Source of the DNA: Piromyces finnis finn
Taxonomy: Eukaryota > Fungi > Neocallimastigomycota
DNA length: 64,000 nt
Assembly (NCBI GenBank): GCA_002104945.1
Contig: MCFH01000069.1
Location: 62,001-126,000, forward strand
Direction: 5' to 3'
Under the pieces are notes generated by a model. It was not told the DNA's origin. It searched no databases and was given only the letters and a program-made list of their open reading frames with translations. Shown piece by piece: positions 12,901-24,704 of this stretch. Numbering within the stretch: the stretch's first letter is position 1; each line of letters begins with the position of its first letter. The position numbers were made by a program, and so were the translations under genes.

Positions 12901-13480
12901 TTTCTTCAACATCTATGACATTTGGTAATTTTTTAATTTCTTCAACAATGTCATCAGAAAGATATGCACGAATAGCATAATAATTTAATACTGGACAAAT
13001 AGGACTAACTATTTTAGATTCTAATGGAATATACTCAACCTTTTCATTTTCTAAATTAGCATTTGGAGAAGATGATGTTGAATTTGTAGAAGATATAGAA
13101 TGGTGACTTTCACTTTCACTTTCTAAATTATTTCTTCTATGGTTTTTAAAAAAGTTAAACTTTACTTCTTTATCATCAGTACTTTCACTGCGTCTTCTTA
13201 AGTGAGAAGTTTCATCCAACTCTTTTAAATTTTTGTCAAGTGATCCATCCTCTAATTCGTATGAATCCTTATTATCAGAAACAATATCATAGATATCATT
13301 CATTCTATCGTTGACAAGTTTTGAAATTTCTTGTTGAACCCTAAAACTTTCATCGTCATATTCCTTATCCTTTTTACTTCTTTGAATAGAAATTATATAA
13401 TAATTATTTTCTGCAGAAGCAAATGATAATAAATAGTTGAAAACAACAACTATTGTAAGTAAAAATGAATAATTACTCAT
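9917..13480 (-). CDS. Secreted subtilisin-like S8 serine protease with prodomain, CBM18 modules, a Cys-rich domain and a Thr-rich linker
   Basis: 1187-aa intronless ORF with a signal peptide. Catalytic triad motifs are IIDTG, HGT and GTSFASP, with SAGN as the oxyanion motif. CBM18-like CCSKFGHC, CCSKEGTC, CCSKWGYCG and CCSQYNYCG. Confidence 0.92.
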   Translation of the reverse strand: MSNYSFLLTIVVVFNYLLSFASAENNYYIISIQRSKKDKEYDDESFRVQQEISKLVNDRMNDIYDIVSDNKDSYELEDGSLDKNLKELDETSHLRRRSESTDDKEVKFNFFKNHRRNNLESESESHHSISSTNSTSSSPNANLENEKVEYIPLESKIVSPICPVLNYYAIRAYLSDDIVEEIKKLPNVIDVEENIKEESHFKFYNEEEILDETKWSRLGVLENGFDYDLRFSHLSLISQGKYIEKDKSFYDNNYYYPSSAGEGIDIFIIDTGLHTSESKYDFTNTDERTISCDAVCANSRCRNTYESEKLDCDGGFKGKIDYYHGTYVSAAAAGLVNGAAKKANIHVIATDAYIEDALAAMDYIKMNGKPHKTVINISRGNNYYIMSSNNKLKELANYSFITFVSAGNSNIDSCDISYSGYEGVIPIGATDNALLTTYKTMEDMYKKASYSNYGSCVVLHAPGTLRITNNPSDNGLITKEGTSFASPLAAGVAATIMSENSKIEFDFELMKQTLIDLSLKDVISEMNNRTPNRFLNNGKHSIYQGPRCDDPSGEYSCEDGCCSKFGHCIDVNTKFNRSKDLCNISSECQSEFGICYPLKCNSKYGKDACSSNECCSKEGTCVTITNSQNSKCLIENGCIYKFGGNCITWNLNNIDKVDKKYHDIIYDHNCKLELKPFENCVFKYYDDDKRYNYISELELNEICEEYNKNNCREFFKSPFTFAPSCGKVSSIYKYPEIPEDKKSRFEIAERNLMCAKKNGNEDINDYCDISYKFYVDGYDDIYDDKSFKDECKYYECRESLYEYYLALYNMVPNPDYRNMVNYMKSDKCISQDLRYITTTTTTIPDTTTIIDTTTAIPDTTTIIDTTIIDTTIIDTTTAIPDTTTIIDTTTAIPDTTTIIDTTIIDITTAIPDTTTIIDTTIIDITTAIPDTTTIIDTTIIDITTAIPDTTTIIDITTTPTPIKTTTTTTTTTTPTPIKTTTTTTTTTSTTTTPTPIKTTTTTTTTTTPTPIKTTTTTTTTTPSPIKTTTTTTTTSIKTTTTTTTKTKTTTTTTIKKVPTSTVSGRCGPEYGACPRASDCCSKWGYCGTSSKHCEEGCQSEFGKCLNTKKTTTTTTTTKTKTTKTTKTSSTKKPTSTKKIPTSTVSGRCGSKYGKCSKSSECCSQYNYCGTTSEYCGKGCQSDFGKCY
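10347..10979 (-). repeat. Coding Thr-rich tandem repeats (IIDTTTAIPDTTT; TPTPIKTTTT) in the S8 linker
   Basis: Repeats are visible in DNA (gtagtagtatctggtatggcagtagta) and in the protein. Confidence 0.9.
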
Positions 13481-13782
13481 TTTTTTTTTAAAAAATATCT
13501 TTTAATTTTAAATAAAGTTTTTTTATATTTATTTAAAATAATAATTAATATTTCTTTTTATTTTTTATATTTTTTTTTTTTTTTTGAAGAAAAAATGTTA
13601 ATTTATTTAGCAATTTATATAAAATATTTTTAAGATTTTGAGTGTCACCGATTTATTAATTTTTGTTTCATTTTAAATTTTTAATTTAAAAATAATTAAA
13701 AATAATAATAAATAAAGTTTTTAATATAAATAAAAAAGAAAAAGAAAAAAATAAAATAGGAGGTGGTTCAAGCTGTAAAAAA

Positions 13783-13818
<36 letters not shown>

Positions 13819-14054
13819 AATAATATATAGTATTATTATTATTAATTGTATAAACTATTTTTTTTTAATTATAATAAAAAGTTAACTATTTTTAAATATT
13901 ATATATACTTTTCTCTTTTTTTATTATTAATAATGATTATTTTTTTTATTTTTGATTATTGAAGATATTTAATTATAAAAAATGTAATTAATATTTCTAT
14001 AGTATTTTCTTTATTATCTACATAAAGAAATGATTCACAATAACTCTATTTTAA

Positions 14055-14215
14055 TACCAGTTTTGGGACATGTACTTTATTCTTAACTATATCCTTCATT
14101 CACTGTGGAGATAGAAACCTTTTAATAATTTTTGATTTCTTAGTATTTTACATTTCTTTTTACAATTTTTTGGGTTGATTTCTTATTATTTCTCTGATAA
14201 AATATACCATATTTA
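14055..14215 (-). pseudogene. Decayed remnant of a CBM18-linker-CBM18 tail
   Basis: The minus strand ttaaaaggtttctatctccacagtgaatgaaggatatagttaagaataaagtacatgtccc aligns colinearly with ttaaaaaggttccaacctctactgtaagtggaagatgtggtccagaatatggtgcatgtcct (KKVPTSTVSGRCGPEYGACP) of the S8 gene. Upstream agatgtcaaaataaatatggt resembles GCQSEFG. It contains stops and a frameshift. Confidence 0.6.
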
Positions 14216-15102
14216 TTTTGACATCTATGACACAACATTAAATATAGTATTATCATTTATTACATGGTTCTAAAGTAATCACCTTTGTATACCTTACTTC
14301 ACATAATAATATAATAATATTATATTATAATAGAAAGAAAAATTATAGCAATTAGAAATAAAATAAAATATATATCCAATGTATATATATATTATGCTTT
14401 TAAAAATTTTTTTCAAAAAGTTTGGATATAAAATCATATAATTATTTCTATAGTTTTAAAGAAAATAGCATCAAACTTTGAATATTCATATATTAAATTC
14501 ATAAAATATAAAATATGAGAATTTCTTATCGAGAAAAAAAGATAATCAAATAATATAAAAAAAAAAAATAAAAAACAATAACAAAAAAACTAATGATTCA
14601 AAAAAATTAGGGTTTAAATATATTATTAAATTCAGAGTTTTTACTATATGTTTTAAGATTTAAAATTTTGACTATTTAAATCAAGGGTTAGGGAAATAAC
14701 CCTAAAAACTTTTATTATCATTTTATAAATGATAATAAAAGATCATTTCTTTTTATAAGTAAATGGTTATCAATATTTCAATTTTTATATATAAGATAAA
14801 TATATAGATAAATATTTCATTTTTAAATTTATTTTTTTATAGTTTTAATAATGTTATATACAAAGAATAAATCATTTTGTACAAAGTATGAAAGAAATAT
14901 TAGTATAATGGTATTACATATATACTATAGCTTTCATAAATTTTATTATTATTATTATTTATAGTAAATTTTATTATATAAATTTTATTTTTAAAAAAAT
15001 ATTTAATAATGTTAATTAGTCATTTTTTTTTTAATTTTTATATTCGCTTTAAAAAATCTGTTATTCTAAATATTGCTATTATTCCATAATAATTTTTATT
15101 CC

Positions 15103-17646
15103 TTATCTAAAATCATTGAAGCATTCAATTATATCTTGATCTTTACTTTCAATAGCTATATTTAGAGCAGATTTATTATTTTTATTTGTTATACTGGTAT
15201 TTGCACTATTATCAATTAAATATTTAACTAATTTTGCACTTCTTTTGGTAAAATCATTAGTGATATCATTATAATTAAATGTAATGAAATCGTTATCACT
15301 GTCATCATCATCATCATCACTTAAAAGGTTGGTTGATTGACTTTCACACGCTACCATTAAAGGAGTATCACCATTCTTATTGGATCTATTAATGTCTTCT
15401 CCCTTTTCAATAAAATATTTGATTATTTTTAATGAATTATTTTCATTTGAAAGGGTACAATTTTTACATAAAATTAATAAGGGTGTATCTCCATATTTAT
15501 TCTCTTGCTGTATATTAGCTCCATGATCAATTAGAATCTTAATAATATTATAATTTTCTTTGCGACAGGCAACAATTAACGCTGAATCACCATCCTTATT
15601 GACATAATTTATGTTAACTTTATGATCAATTAAAAATTGAATATTAGATTTCAATTCATCCATACAAGTTATAATTAATGGTGTTTGTCCATATTTATTT
15701 TCAAAATTAATATCAGCTCCATGCTGAATTAAATAATCTACAATAGTATCATTATAATTAGTTCGACGACAGGAAGCATGTAATGGAGTGTTTCCAAAAA
15801 CATCTTCCACATTGATATTGGCTCCCTGTTCCATTAAAAGATTTAGAATTTTAACATAATTTTGGGTGATGTCATTTTTATCATAACTTTGCTGTTTTTG
15901 GACTTCTTTATTATTTTCATCTTTATAATTATAATTTACTATTTTACTTTTCCTATACCTTCTTTTACATGCAGCTAGTAAAGCTGTTTCTCCATTTCTG
16001 TTAGATTTATTAACATCTATTCCAGCACCTTTTTCTAATAACTTTTTTATTATTTTAAAATAGTTTTCAGAATCGGAATTATTACAGTTTTTACATGCTG
16101 TTAATAATGGTGTATCTCCATCCTTATTTTCATGCATTATATTAGCCCCCTTTTCAATTAATTGATATATTATACTTATATTCCCATTATCACACACTTT
16201 TATCAACGCAGTATCACCATCTTTATTTTGCTTATTAATATCGGCACCTAGTTCAATTAAATAATTTACAATTTTCTCATTTTCACTTTGACATGCAATT
16301 ATTAAAGCGGAATCACCATGTTTATTTGTTTGATCAATATTTGCACCATGGGCAATTAAATATTCAACAATTGAAAAATTATTACCATTATCTTGTCGAC
16401 ATGATATCAGTAATGGAGTATTTCCATTATCATCTTCTACATTAACATCAATATTTCTTTTAACTAGACTTTTCAAAGTTTCCAGATTACTTTGTTCACA
16501 TGTATCAATTATAATTTTGGTGCAAATTGTTTCATGAATTACCGCACCATTATCAATTAAATATTTTACAACTTTTGCTTTATATTTGTGTATTTTATTA
16601 TAGGCAATATCTAAAACATTATTATGATTAATGTCATTTTTATTTATATCAGCACCTTTATCCACTAAATGTTTCACAATGTCTAGATAAGCTTGAGAAT
16701 AAAAAGATTTATAAGAATTATTACAATTTTTACAAATAATCATTAGAGGTGTATCTCCATTTTTATTTTCTTGATTAACGTTAGCTCCTTGATCAATTAA
16801 ATAATGAATAACTTCTTCTTTCCAATTTTTACAAGCTACTGTTAAAGGAGTATCATGATTTTTATTGTTTTGATTTATATTTGCACCTTCACTTATTAGA
16901 TATTTCACTATAGTTAGATCACCATTCTGACAAGCTAATATCAATGGTATTCCTCCTTGATCATCTTCATAATTGATTTTTCCTCCATTTTTAATTAATT
17001 GTTTTATAATTTGTATTTGACAATTTTTACAGGCAACATTTAACGGTATTTCGCCTTTTTTATTTATTTTATTAACATTTGCACCATGTTCAATTAAACA
17101 TTGTAACATGTCAATTTTTTTAGTTTTACATGCAATAATTAAAGGTGTTTCACCATAGGTATCAAAAATATTAACATCTGCTCCATATTCAATTAATCTT
17201 TTAACAATTTTTCTTTTGTCTTTAACAACAATAGCTAATGGGTAAATTTCTTTATCATTTGTTTTATTTACATTTGCACCAAGATTTAACAAAATATTGA
17301 TAATTGATTTATTTCTTTTATAACAAGCTAATGTTAATGGTGTCTCACCTTGTTCATCTTTTATGTCTAAGTTGATTTTATATTTTTCATTTGAAATTAA
17401 TTCAACTAAATCTTTCTGATTTAGAGCTCTCTTAGTTTGATATATCAATAATAATTTCAAAATAAAGTTATTATCAAATATATAATAATTTTGAATATAT
17501 TCTAAATTCTTGAAGTTATTCTCTTTTATAAATCTAAAAATTAATTCGGGTGGAAAATAAAAATTATTACATATTAGATTCTGAATTTTTCTTTTACCAC
17601 GTATTTTACCGTCACAAAATTTGGCCAAATTATTATTACCTACCAT
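15103..17646 (-). CDS. Ankyrin-repeat protein (847 aa)
   Basis: Many GxTPLxxAC...IVKYLIxxGADIN units in an intronless ORF. Confidence 0.92.
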   Translation of the reverse strand: MVGNNNLAKFCDGKIRGKRKIQNLICNNFYFPPELIFRFIKENNFKNLEYIQNYYIFDNNFILKLLLIYQTKRALNQKDLVELISNEKYKINLDIKDEQGETPLTLACYKRNKSIINILLNLGANVNKTNDKEIYPLAIVVKDKRKIVKRLIEYGADVNIFDTYGETPLIIACKTKKIDMLQCLIEHGANVNKINKKGEIPLNVACKNCQIQIIKQLIKNGGKINYEDDQGGIPLILACQNGDLTIVKYLISEGANINQNNKNHDTPLTVACKNWKEEVIHYLIDQGANVNQENKNGDTPLMIICKNCNNSYKSFYSQAYLDIVKHLVDKGADINKNDINHNNVLDIAYNKIHKYKAKVVKYLIDNGAVIHETICTKIIIDTCEQSNLETLKSLVKRNIDVNVEDDNGNTPLLISCRQDNGNNFSIVEYLIAHGANIDQTNKHGDSALIIACQSENEKIVNYLIELGADINKQNKDGDTALIKVCDNGNISIIYQLIEKGANIMHENKDGDTPLLTACKNCNNSDSENYFKIIKKLLEKGAGIDVNKSNRNGETALLAACKRRYRKSKIVNYNYKDENNKEVQKQQSYDKNDITQNYVKILNLLMEQGANINVEDVFGNTPLHASCRRTNYNDTIVDYLIQHGADINFENKYGQTPLIITCMDELKSNIQFLIDHKVNINYVNKDGDSALIVACRKENYNIIKILIDHGANIQQENKYGDTPLLILCKNCTLSNENNSLKIIKYFIEKGEDINRSNKNGDTPLMVACESQSTNLLSDDDDDDSDNDFITFNYNDITNDFTKRSAKLVKYLIDNSANTSITNKNNKSALNIAIESKDQDIIECFNDFR

Positions 17647-18363
17647 ATTATTTACTTTTATTTATTTACATTTTTAAATTATAACATAAATAATTTCAAT
17701 AGCAATTTTAAAATTAATAATACTAATTTTATAATATATTTATATAAGATATAAAGTGATGATCAAAAATTTCAACTATATAAAGATTAATTATAATTAA
17801 TTTAAACAAAACATTTCACAGCATTAAAAATGTTTTACAAACTTAAAATTTTCCTTTTCTTTCACCTTTTTATTAAATTGAAAATAAATTATTTATTAAT
17901 TATATCTAATTTTATATAATTATTTTAAATTATTTATTTTTCCCTTTTTTGTAAAAAAAATTTTTTTATAAAGATTTTTTTTTTTTAAATAATTAGTAAT
18001 GCTTTTAAAATTCTTTATAAAAATCCATTTTATTCAGCTTTTCTATTTAATAGAAATATTGTTGACTATTTTATTTATTAAGTTATGAAGTTAAAAATTA
18101 CCTTTTTTTATATTCTAATCATAAAAAATACATGATTATTCAATATTTTTTTTTCTTAAAAAAGAAAAACTTATATCTAATTCCTTTTTAAAATTAATAG
18201 TAATCAAAAAAAAAAAATTTTTTTAAATATTATTTTTGAATTATAAATAATATTTGTTTAGATTAAATTAATATAAAAATATTTTTTATATTTTTATGAA
18301 ATAAATTATTTGTTAAAAAACAATATCACTAAATAGTAATAATAATTATGAATGATTTTAGAA

Positions 18364-20333
18364 TTATATTTTAATATTAGATATCTCCATCATTTTATTT
18401 GATTGATCGAAGTTGGTTTCTGTTTCTTTATTTACATTAATACAATTTGTTTCAGTTGCAAAGTGAAAAGTAACCAATTTTGATATTAATGAGGTTACAG
18501 GTGAAGTGTTTTGTTCATCAAATGTATTGCTATCATAATTACTGTTATTATTATTATCTTTATTCGTACTAATTGTATTTACTGGATAATTTTTTGTACT
18601 TGATTCTTCTTCTTCTTCTTCATCATTATTAATAAAATGATTATTAATCTTGTTAATAAATGCAATCTTTACATTTTTCTTTTTCATAAATGCAAAGAAT
18701 AGTTTATTTCCAAATAGAAAAATGTAATTGGAAATAGAATTAATTAAAAATAATATTCCATTTAGTATAAAATCTGTTTTATAATCATTGAAGTTAATTA
18801 TATTAATTACATTAAACATAACTATTAATAAAATTGATGAATATATTGAGTATGTTACAAATCTAATATCATAAAATGTACTTTTGATATTCCATTCAAT
18901 AAAAACAAGAAACACCGTAACTAATAACGTTATAAATTTATATAAAATAATTAAATTTATGAATACTTTTCCAAAACTGTTATTTAATTCACATGTTTTA
19001 AAGTTTAATTCATCCGTGAATACTATATTGGCATTATAATATGGTTTTATAAATGATAATCCATTTAACAATAAATCAATTAAAATAAAAAATATTATGA
19101 ATATGTATTTATATTTTTTGACCCATTCTGAAAATCCGTTTTTTTCTGGAAAATTAACAATTAATTTATATTGTAATGGAATAATAGTCATTGTTAATCC
19201 AATGGATAATAAAAATATTTTCATCTGACATTTTATTTCAGTAATTTCCCCTATTAATGTTATGGATGAACATAATGTAGTAGTAATTCCAAATATTATT
19301 AATATCCATAAATCGATTGATAAAAATTCGAAATAAGGAGACATATTTTCAATGAAAAGAACTATTAAGGATAATATCATTAATAAAGAAAAAACAGATA
19401 TAATAATAACACTTATTAATCCAATATATGAATCTGATGAATCCAATTTAATGTAGTGAATTTTCGATATACTCTCAAAATTCGATAGAGTTTCTTTGAG
19501 AGTTTTGTTTTCATATAAATATTCATTAGCATATTTAAAAAACTTTTTATTAAAATTACTTTTTATATTATTCTCAACAACAGGTTCTTGCATTAACTGC
19601 ATATTTTTAAACATATCACAATCTTTAACTTTACATACATCTTCATCATCAAATAATGAGAATATGGCAGGTACTGATCTTCCATCAATAAACAATTCTT
19701 TTTGAAAATCATAAGATAATGAATATTTAACAAATTCAGCAGCAGCATTTAATTTATCTTTATATTTTTCTATGTTTTTATTAACCCCGACATTATAACC
19801 AATCATTCGAGAACTTGAAATATTTTTATCATGACCGGGATTTAATGAAATATCATAATGCTCATGAACTGTACTTAATAATGGTTCAGCTAGAACCCAG
19901 TATTTTATAAATATAGATGTTCCAAATATTAAATGCGTTAATGAATATGGTTCTAAAGATTTAAATTCCTCATCTATTTTATTTTAATTATTATTTATAT
20001 AATATATATAATAAATATAATAAATATAATAAATATAATATATATAATAAATAATAAATATAATCTTGAAATTCATCAAATATTTTAAGATTAAAATAAT
20101 TATTATTTATAGCAATTATAAAGTTTATTAAGCCGTTATTAACCTGAAGATATTTCATTTTTTATTTTTTTTATCATTTCAAGAGCTTTAATTGTTGTTT
20201 CGCTTTGAAAATCTGGAAATTTTGAATCCTTACTATCTCTATATGAATATATAAATTCATAATAAGAATATGAACCCCAGATATCTATATTTATATGTTA
20301 TTAAATATATAATAAATTATTATTTAATAGCAA

Positions 20334-20371
<38 letters not shown>

Positions 20372-20681
20372 ATATATTTATATGGAATAAATTAATTTTT
20401 TTTTTTTTTTGATAATAGGTATTTATAATGATTATTTATAATGATATGATATGAACGTTATATAGATACCATTGAATAATCCGTTATAAGCTCTTAATTC
20501 AGTGTTATTATAATTTGTTCTTTCCATTTCTAAAATATATTTACTTGTGTCTAAGAGTTCATCCCATGTTTTAGGAATATTTTTATTATATTTATTCAAA
20601 ATATTTCTATTTGAATATAAAACCGAAAAACTTAATGTCACTGGCTATTTTAATTCCATAATAAATAATTAAATATAAATA

Positions 20682-20721
<40 letters not shown>

Positions 20722-21295
20722 TCAATTTTAAAATACTTTAAAAAATAAAAGAAGAAATGATAATTAATATTTTATTTTTGTTATTTACAAGACCAATTAA
20801 TTTATCATTGATTGTGCAATATTGTTCAACAAAGTCTGGATTAAACATTTTAATATGTTCTTCCGGGATTATTTTTTTTAAATCTAAAAGATATAAATCA
20901 TAATCTGTTATAAATGTAGTTTCATAAAAATAAATATCATATTTTTCATCCTTTTTTTTAAAAAGTGAATCCAATAATGATACATAATCTTCTATATTAA
21001 CTGTTGAATTTAAATTTGATAATATTTGTATTTTTATTGTGATATCTAAATTATTTTCTTTTGAATAATTATTAAAGCTATTTATAATTGGTGAGTAAAC
21101 TTGACTATCTTCACTATATACAAATCCTAAAGCATTTAGTATAATCCCATTAATATTGCCTATAAATAGAGAAAAATATTAAAAAAAAAATTTTTTTTAA
21201 ATAAGTAATGAATTAATAATAGTAATCTTTACAAATATTATATTACTTATTTGTATTAATAGAATAATTAATACAATAATTATTCTATTTCTCAT
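18364..21295 (-). CDS. Substrate-binding-protein (periplasmic binding protein II-like) fused to a 7TM class C GPCR-like receptor, copy 1; multi-exon
   Basis: Signal exon MRNRIIIVLIILLIQ. SBP motifs YDIYFYE, DKLIGL|PVTLSFSVLYSNRNILNKYNKNIPKTWDELL and GYNVGVNKNI. Seven hydrophobic helices with KLIVNFP and IEWN lie in the last exon. Confidence 0.82.
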
Positions 21296-23727
21296 TTTTG
21301 TTCTTTCGAAAATTATTCTTTACTAATAACAAACAAACAAACAAACAAACAGAATATAAATAAAAAAATTAAAATAATAGTATTATTTTTTATAAAATAT
21401 TTATTTTTTTTTTTAATAATAAAAAAATTTCCATGTTAAAGTTAATATTCTTAAAGATAAAATTTAAAAGATTAAAAGCAAATTACATATATATTATATA
21501 ATCTTTATTAAACTTTATTATTTAATAATAAAATTATAAAGTTTAAGATTAACTTTATATACTTTATATAAGCAATTTGAACAATTTATTTTCTTTATTA
21601 TTATTAATATATATATATAAAATGATTATATAAAATTAATTATATATTCTTTCAATTTTATAATTTATATTTATAATTATTATACTAATACATATTTATT
21701 TAAAAACAACAACAATAATAAATGAAATAATAATAATAATGATAATTGTTTTTAGAATTATATTTTAATTTCAGAAATCTCCATCATTTTTTTTGATTGA
21801 ATATAATTGGTTTCAATTTCTTTACTTGAATAAACGCTACTTGTTTCAGTTGCAAAATGATAGTTTACTAATTTTGATATTAATGAGGTTACAGGTGAAG
21901 TGTTTTGTTCATCAAATGTATTGCTATCATAATTACTGTTATTATTATTATCTTTATTCGTACTAATTGTATTTACTGGATAATTTTTTGTACTTGATTC
22001 TTCTTCTTCTTCTTCATCATTATTAATAAAATGATTATTAATCTTGTTAATAAATGCAATCTTTACATTTTTCTTTTTCATAAATGCAAAGAATAGTTTA
22101 TTTCCAAATAGAAAAATGTAATTGGAAATAGAATTAATTAAAAATAATATTCCATTTAGTATAAAATCTGTTTTATAATCATTGAAGTTAATTATATTAA
22201 TTACATTAAACATAACTATTAATAAAATTGATGAATATATTGAGTATGTTACAAATCTAATATCATAAAATGTACTTTTGATATTCCATTCAATAAAAAC
22301 AAGAAACACCGTAACTAATAACGTTATAAATTTATATAAAATAATTAAATTTATGAATACTTTTCCAAAACTGTTATTTAATTCACATGTTTTAAAGTTT
22401 AATTCATCCGTGAATACTATATTGGCATTATAATATGGTTTTATAAATGATAATCCATTTAACAATAAATCAATTAAAATAAAAAATATTATGAATATGT
22501 ATTTATATTTTTTGACCCATTCTGAAAATCCGTTTTTTTCTGGAAAATTAACAATTAATTTATATTGTAATGGAATAATAGTCATTGTTAATCCAATGGA
22601 TAATAAAAATATTTTCATCTGACATTTTATTTCAGTAATTTCCCCTATTAATGTTATGGATGAACATAATGTAGTAGTAATTCCAAATATTATTAATATC
22701 CATAAATCGATTGATAAAAATTCGAAATAAGGAGACATATTTTCAATGAAAAGAACTATTAAGGATAATATCATTAATAAAGAAAAAACAGATATAATAA
22801 TAACACTTATTAATCCAATATATGAATCTGATGAATCCAATTTAATGTAGTGAATTTTCGATATACTCTCAAAATTCGATAGAGTTTCTTTGAGAGTTTT
22901 GTTTTCATATAAATATTCATTAGCATATTTAAAAAACTTTTTATTAAAATTACTTTTTATATTATTCTCAACAACAGGTTCTTGCATTAACTGCATATTT
23001 TTAAACATATCACAATCTTTAACTTTACATACATCTTCATCATCAAATAATGAGAATATGGCAGGTACTGATCTTCCATCAATAAACAATTCTTTTTGAA
23101 AATCATAAGATAATGAATATTTAACAAATTCAGCAGCAGCATTTAATTTATCTTTATATTTTTCTATGTTTTTATTAACCCCGACATTATAACCAATCAT
23201 TCGAGAACTTGAAATATTTTTATCATGACCGGGATTTAATGAAATATCATAATGCTCATGAACTGTACTTAATAATGGTTCAGCTAGAACCCAGTATTTT
23301 ATAAATATAGATGTTCCAAATATTAAATGCGTTAATGAATATGGTTCTAAAGATTTAAATTCCTCATCTATTTTATTTTAATTATTATTTATATAATATA
23401 TATAATAAATATAATAAATATAATAAATATAATATATATAATAAATAATAAATATAATCTTGAAATTCATCAAATATTTTAAGATTAAAATAATTATTAT
23501 TTATAGCAATTATAAAGTTTATTAAGCCGTTATTAACCTGAAGATATTTCATTTTTTATTTTTTTTATCATTTCAAGAGCTTTAATTGTTGTTTCGCTTT
23601 GAAAATCTGGAAATTTTGAATCCTTACTATCTCTATATGAATATATAAATTCATAATAAGAATATGAACCCCAGATATCTATATTTATATGTTATTAAAT
23701 ATATAATAAATTATTATTTAATAGCAA

Positions 23728-23765
<38 letters not shown>

Positions 23766-24075
23766 ATATATTTATATGGAATAAATTAATTTTTTTTTTT
23801 TTTTGATAATAGGTATTTATAATGATTATTTATAATGATATGATATGAACGTTATATAGATACCATTGAATAATCCGTTATAAGCTCTTAATTCAGTGTT
23901 ATTATAATTTGTTCTTTCCATTTCTAAAATATATTTACTTGTGTCTAAGAGTTCATCCCATGTTTTAGGAATATTTTTATTATATTTATTCAAAATATTT
24001 CTATTTGAATATAAAACCGAAAAACTTAATGTCACTGGCTATTTTAATTCCATAATAAATAATTAAATATAAATA

Positions 24076-24115
<40 letters not shown>

Positions 24116-24393
24116 TCAATTTTAAAATACTTTAAAAAATAAAAGAAGAAATGATAATTAATATTTTATTTTTGTTATTTACAAGACCAATTAATTTATC
24201 ATTGATTGTGCAATATTGTTCAACAAAGTCTGGATTAAACATTTTAATATGTTCTTCCGGGATTATTTTTTTTAAATCTAAAAGATATAAATCATAATCT
24301 GTTATAAATGTAGTTTCATAAAAATAAATATCATATTTTTCATCCTTTTTTTTAAAAAGTGAATCCAATAATGATACATAATCTTCTATATTA
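18476..24393. repeat. Direct duplication: 18476-20999 matches 21870-24393 (2524 bp, constant offset 3394)
   Basis: Sequences were identical wherever compared, including intronic (ATT)10 and T15 runs. Both flanks are homologous but clearly diverged. Confidence 0.9.
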
Positions 24394-24704
24394 TTTGTAA
24401 CATTTAAATTTGATAGCATATGTAATTTTATTGTGATATCTAAATTATTTTCTTTTGAATAATTATTAAAGCTGTCAGCTAATGGTGTAAATGGCTGGCT
24501 ATCTTCACTGTATGAAAAACATATAATATTTAGAGTGACCCCATTTATACTATCTATAATGAAAAATTTTTTTTGAAAATATATATTTTTAATATAAATA
24601 AATTATGAAATAAATTGAATATAAGGTAATTAAAATATTTATAATAGTATATTACATATTTGTATTAAGAGAAGACTCAGTATAATAACGACTGAATTTA
24701 ACAT
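21758..24704 (-). CDS. SBP-7TM class C GPCR-like receptor, copy 2 (tandem paralog)
   Basis: Same exon structure as copy 1. Signal exon MLNSVVIILSLLLIQ starts at 24704. The last-exon ORF matches copy 1 except for the C-terminal about 37 aa. Confidence 0.82.
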
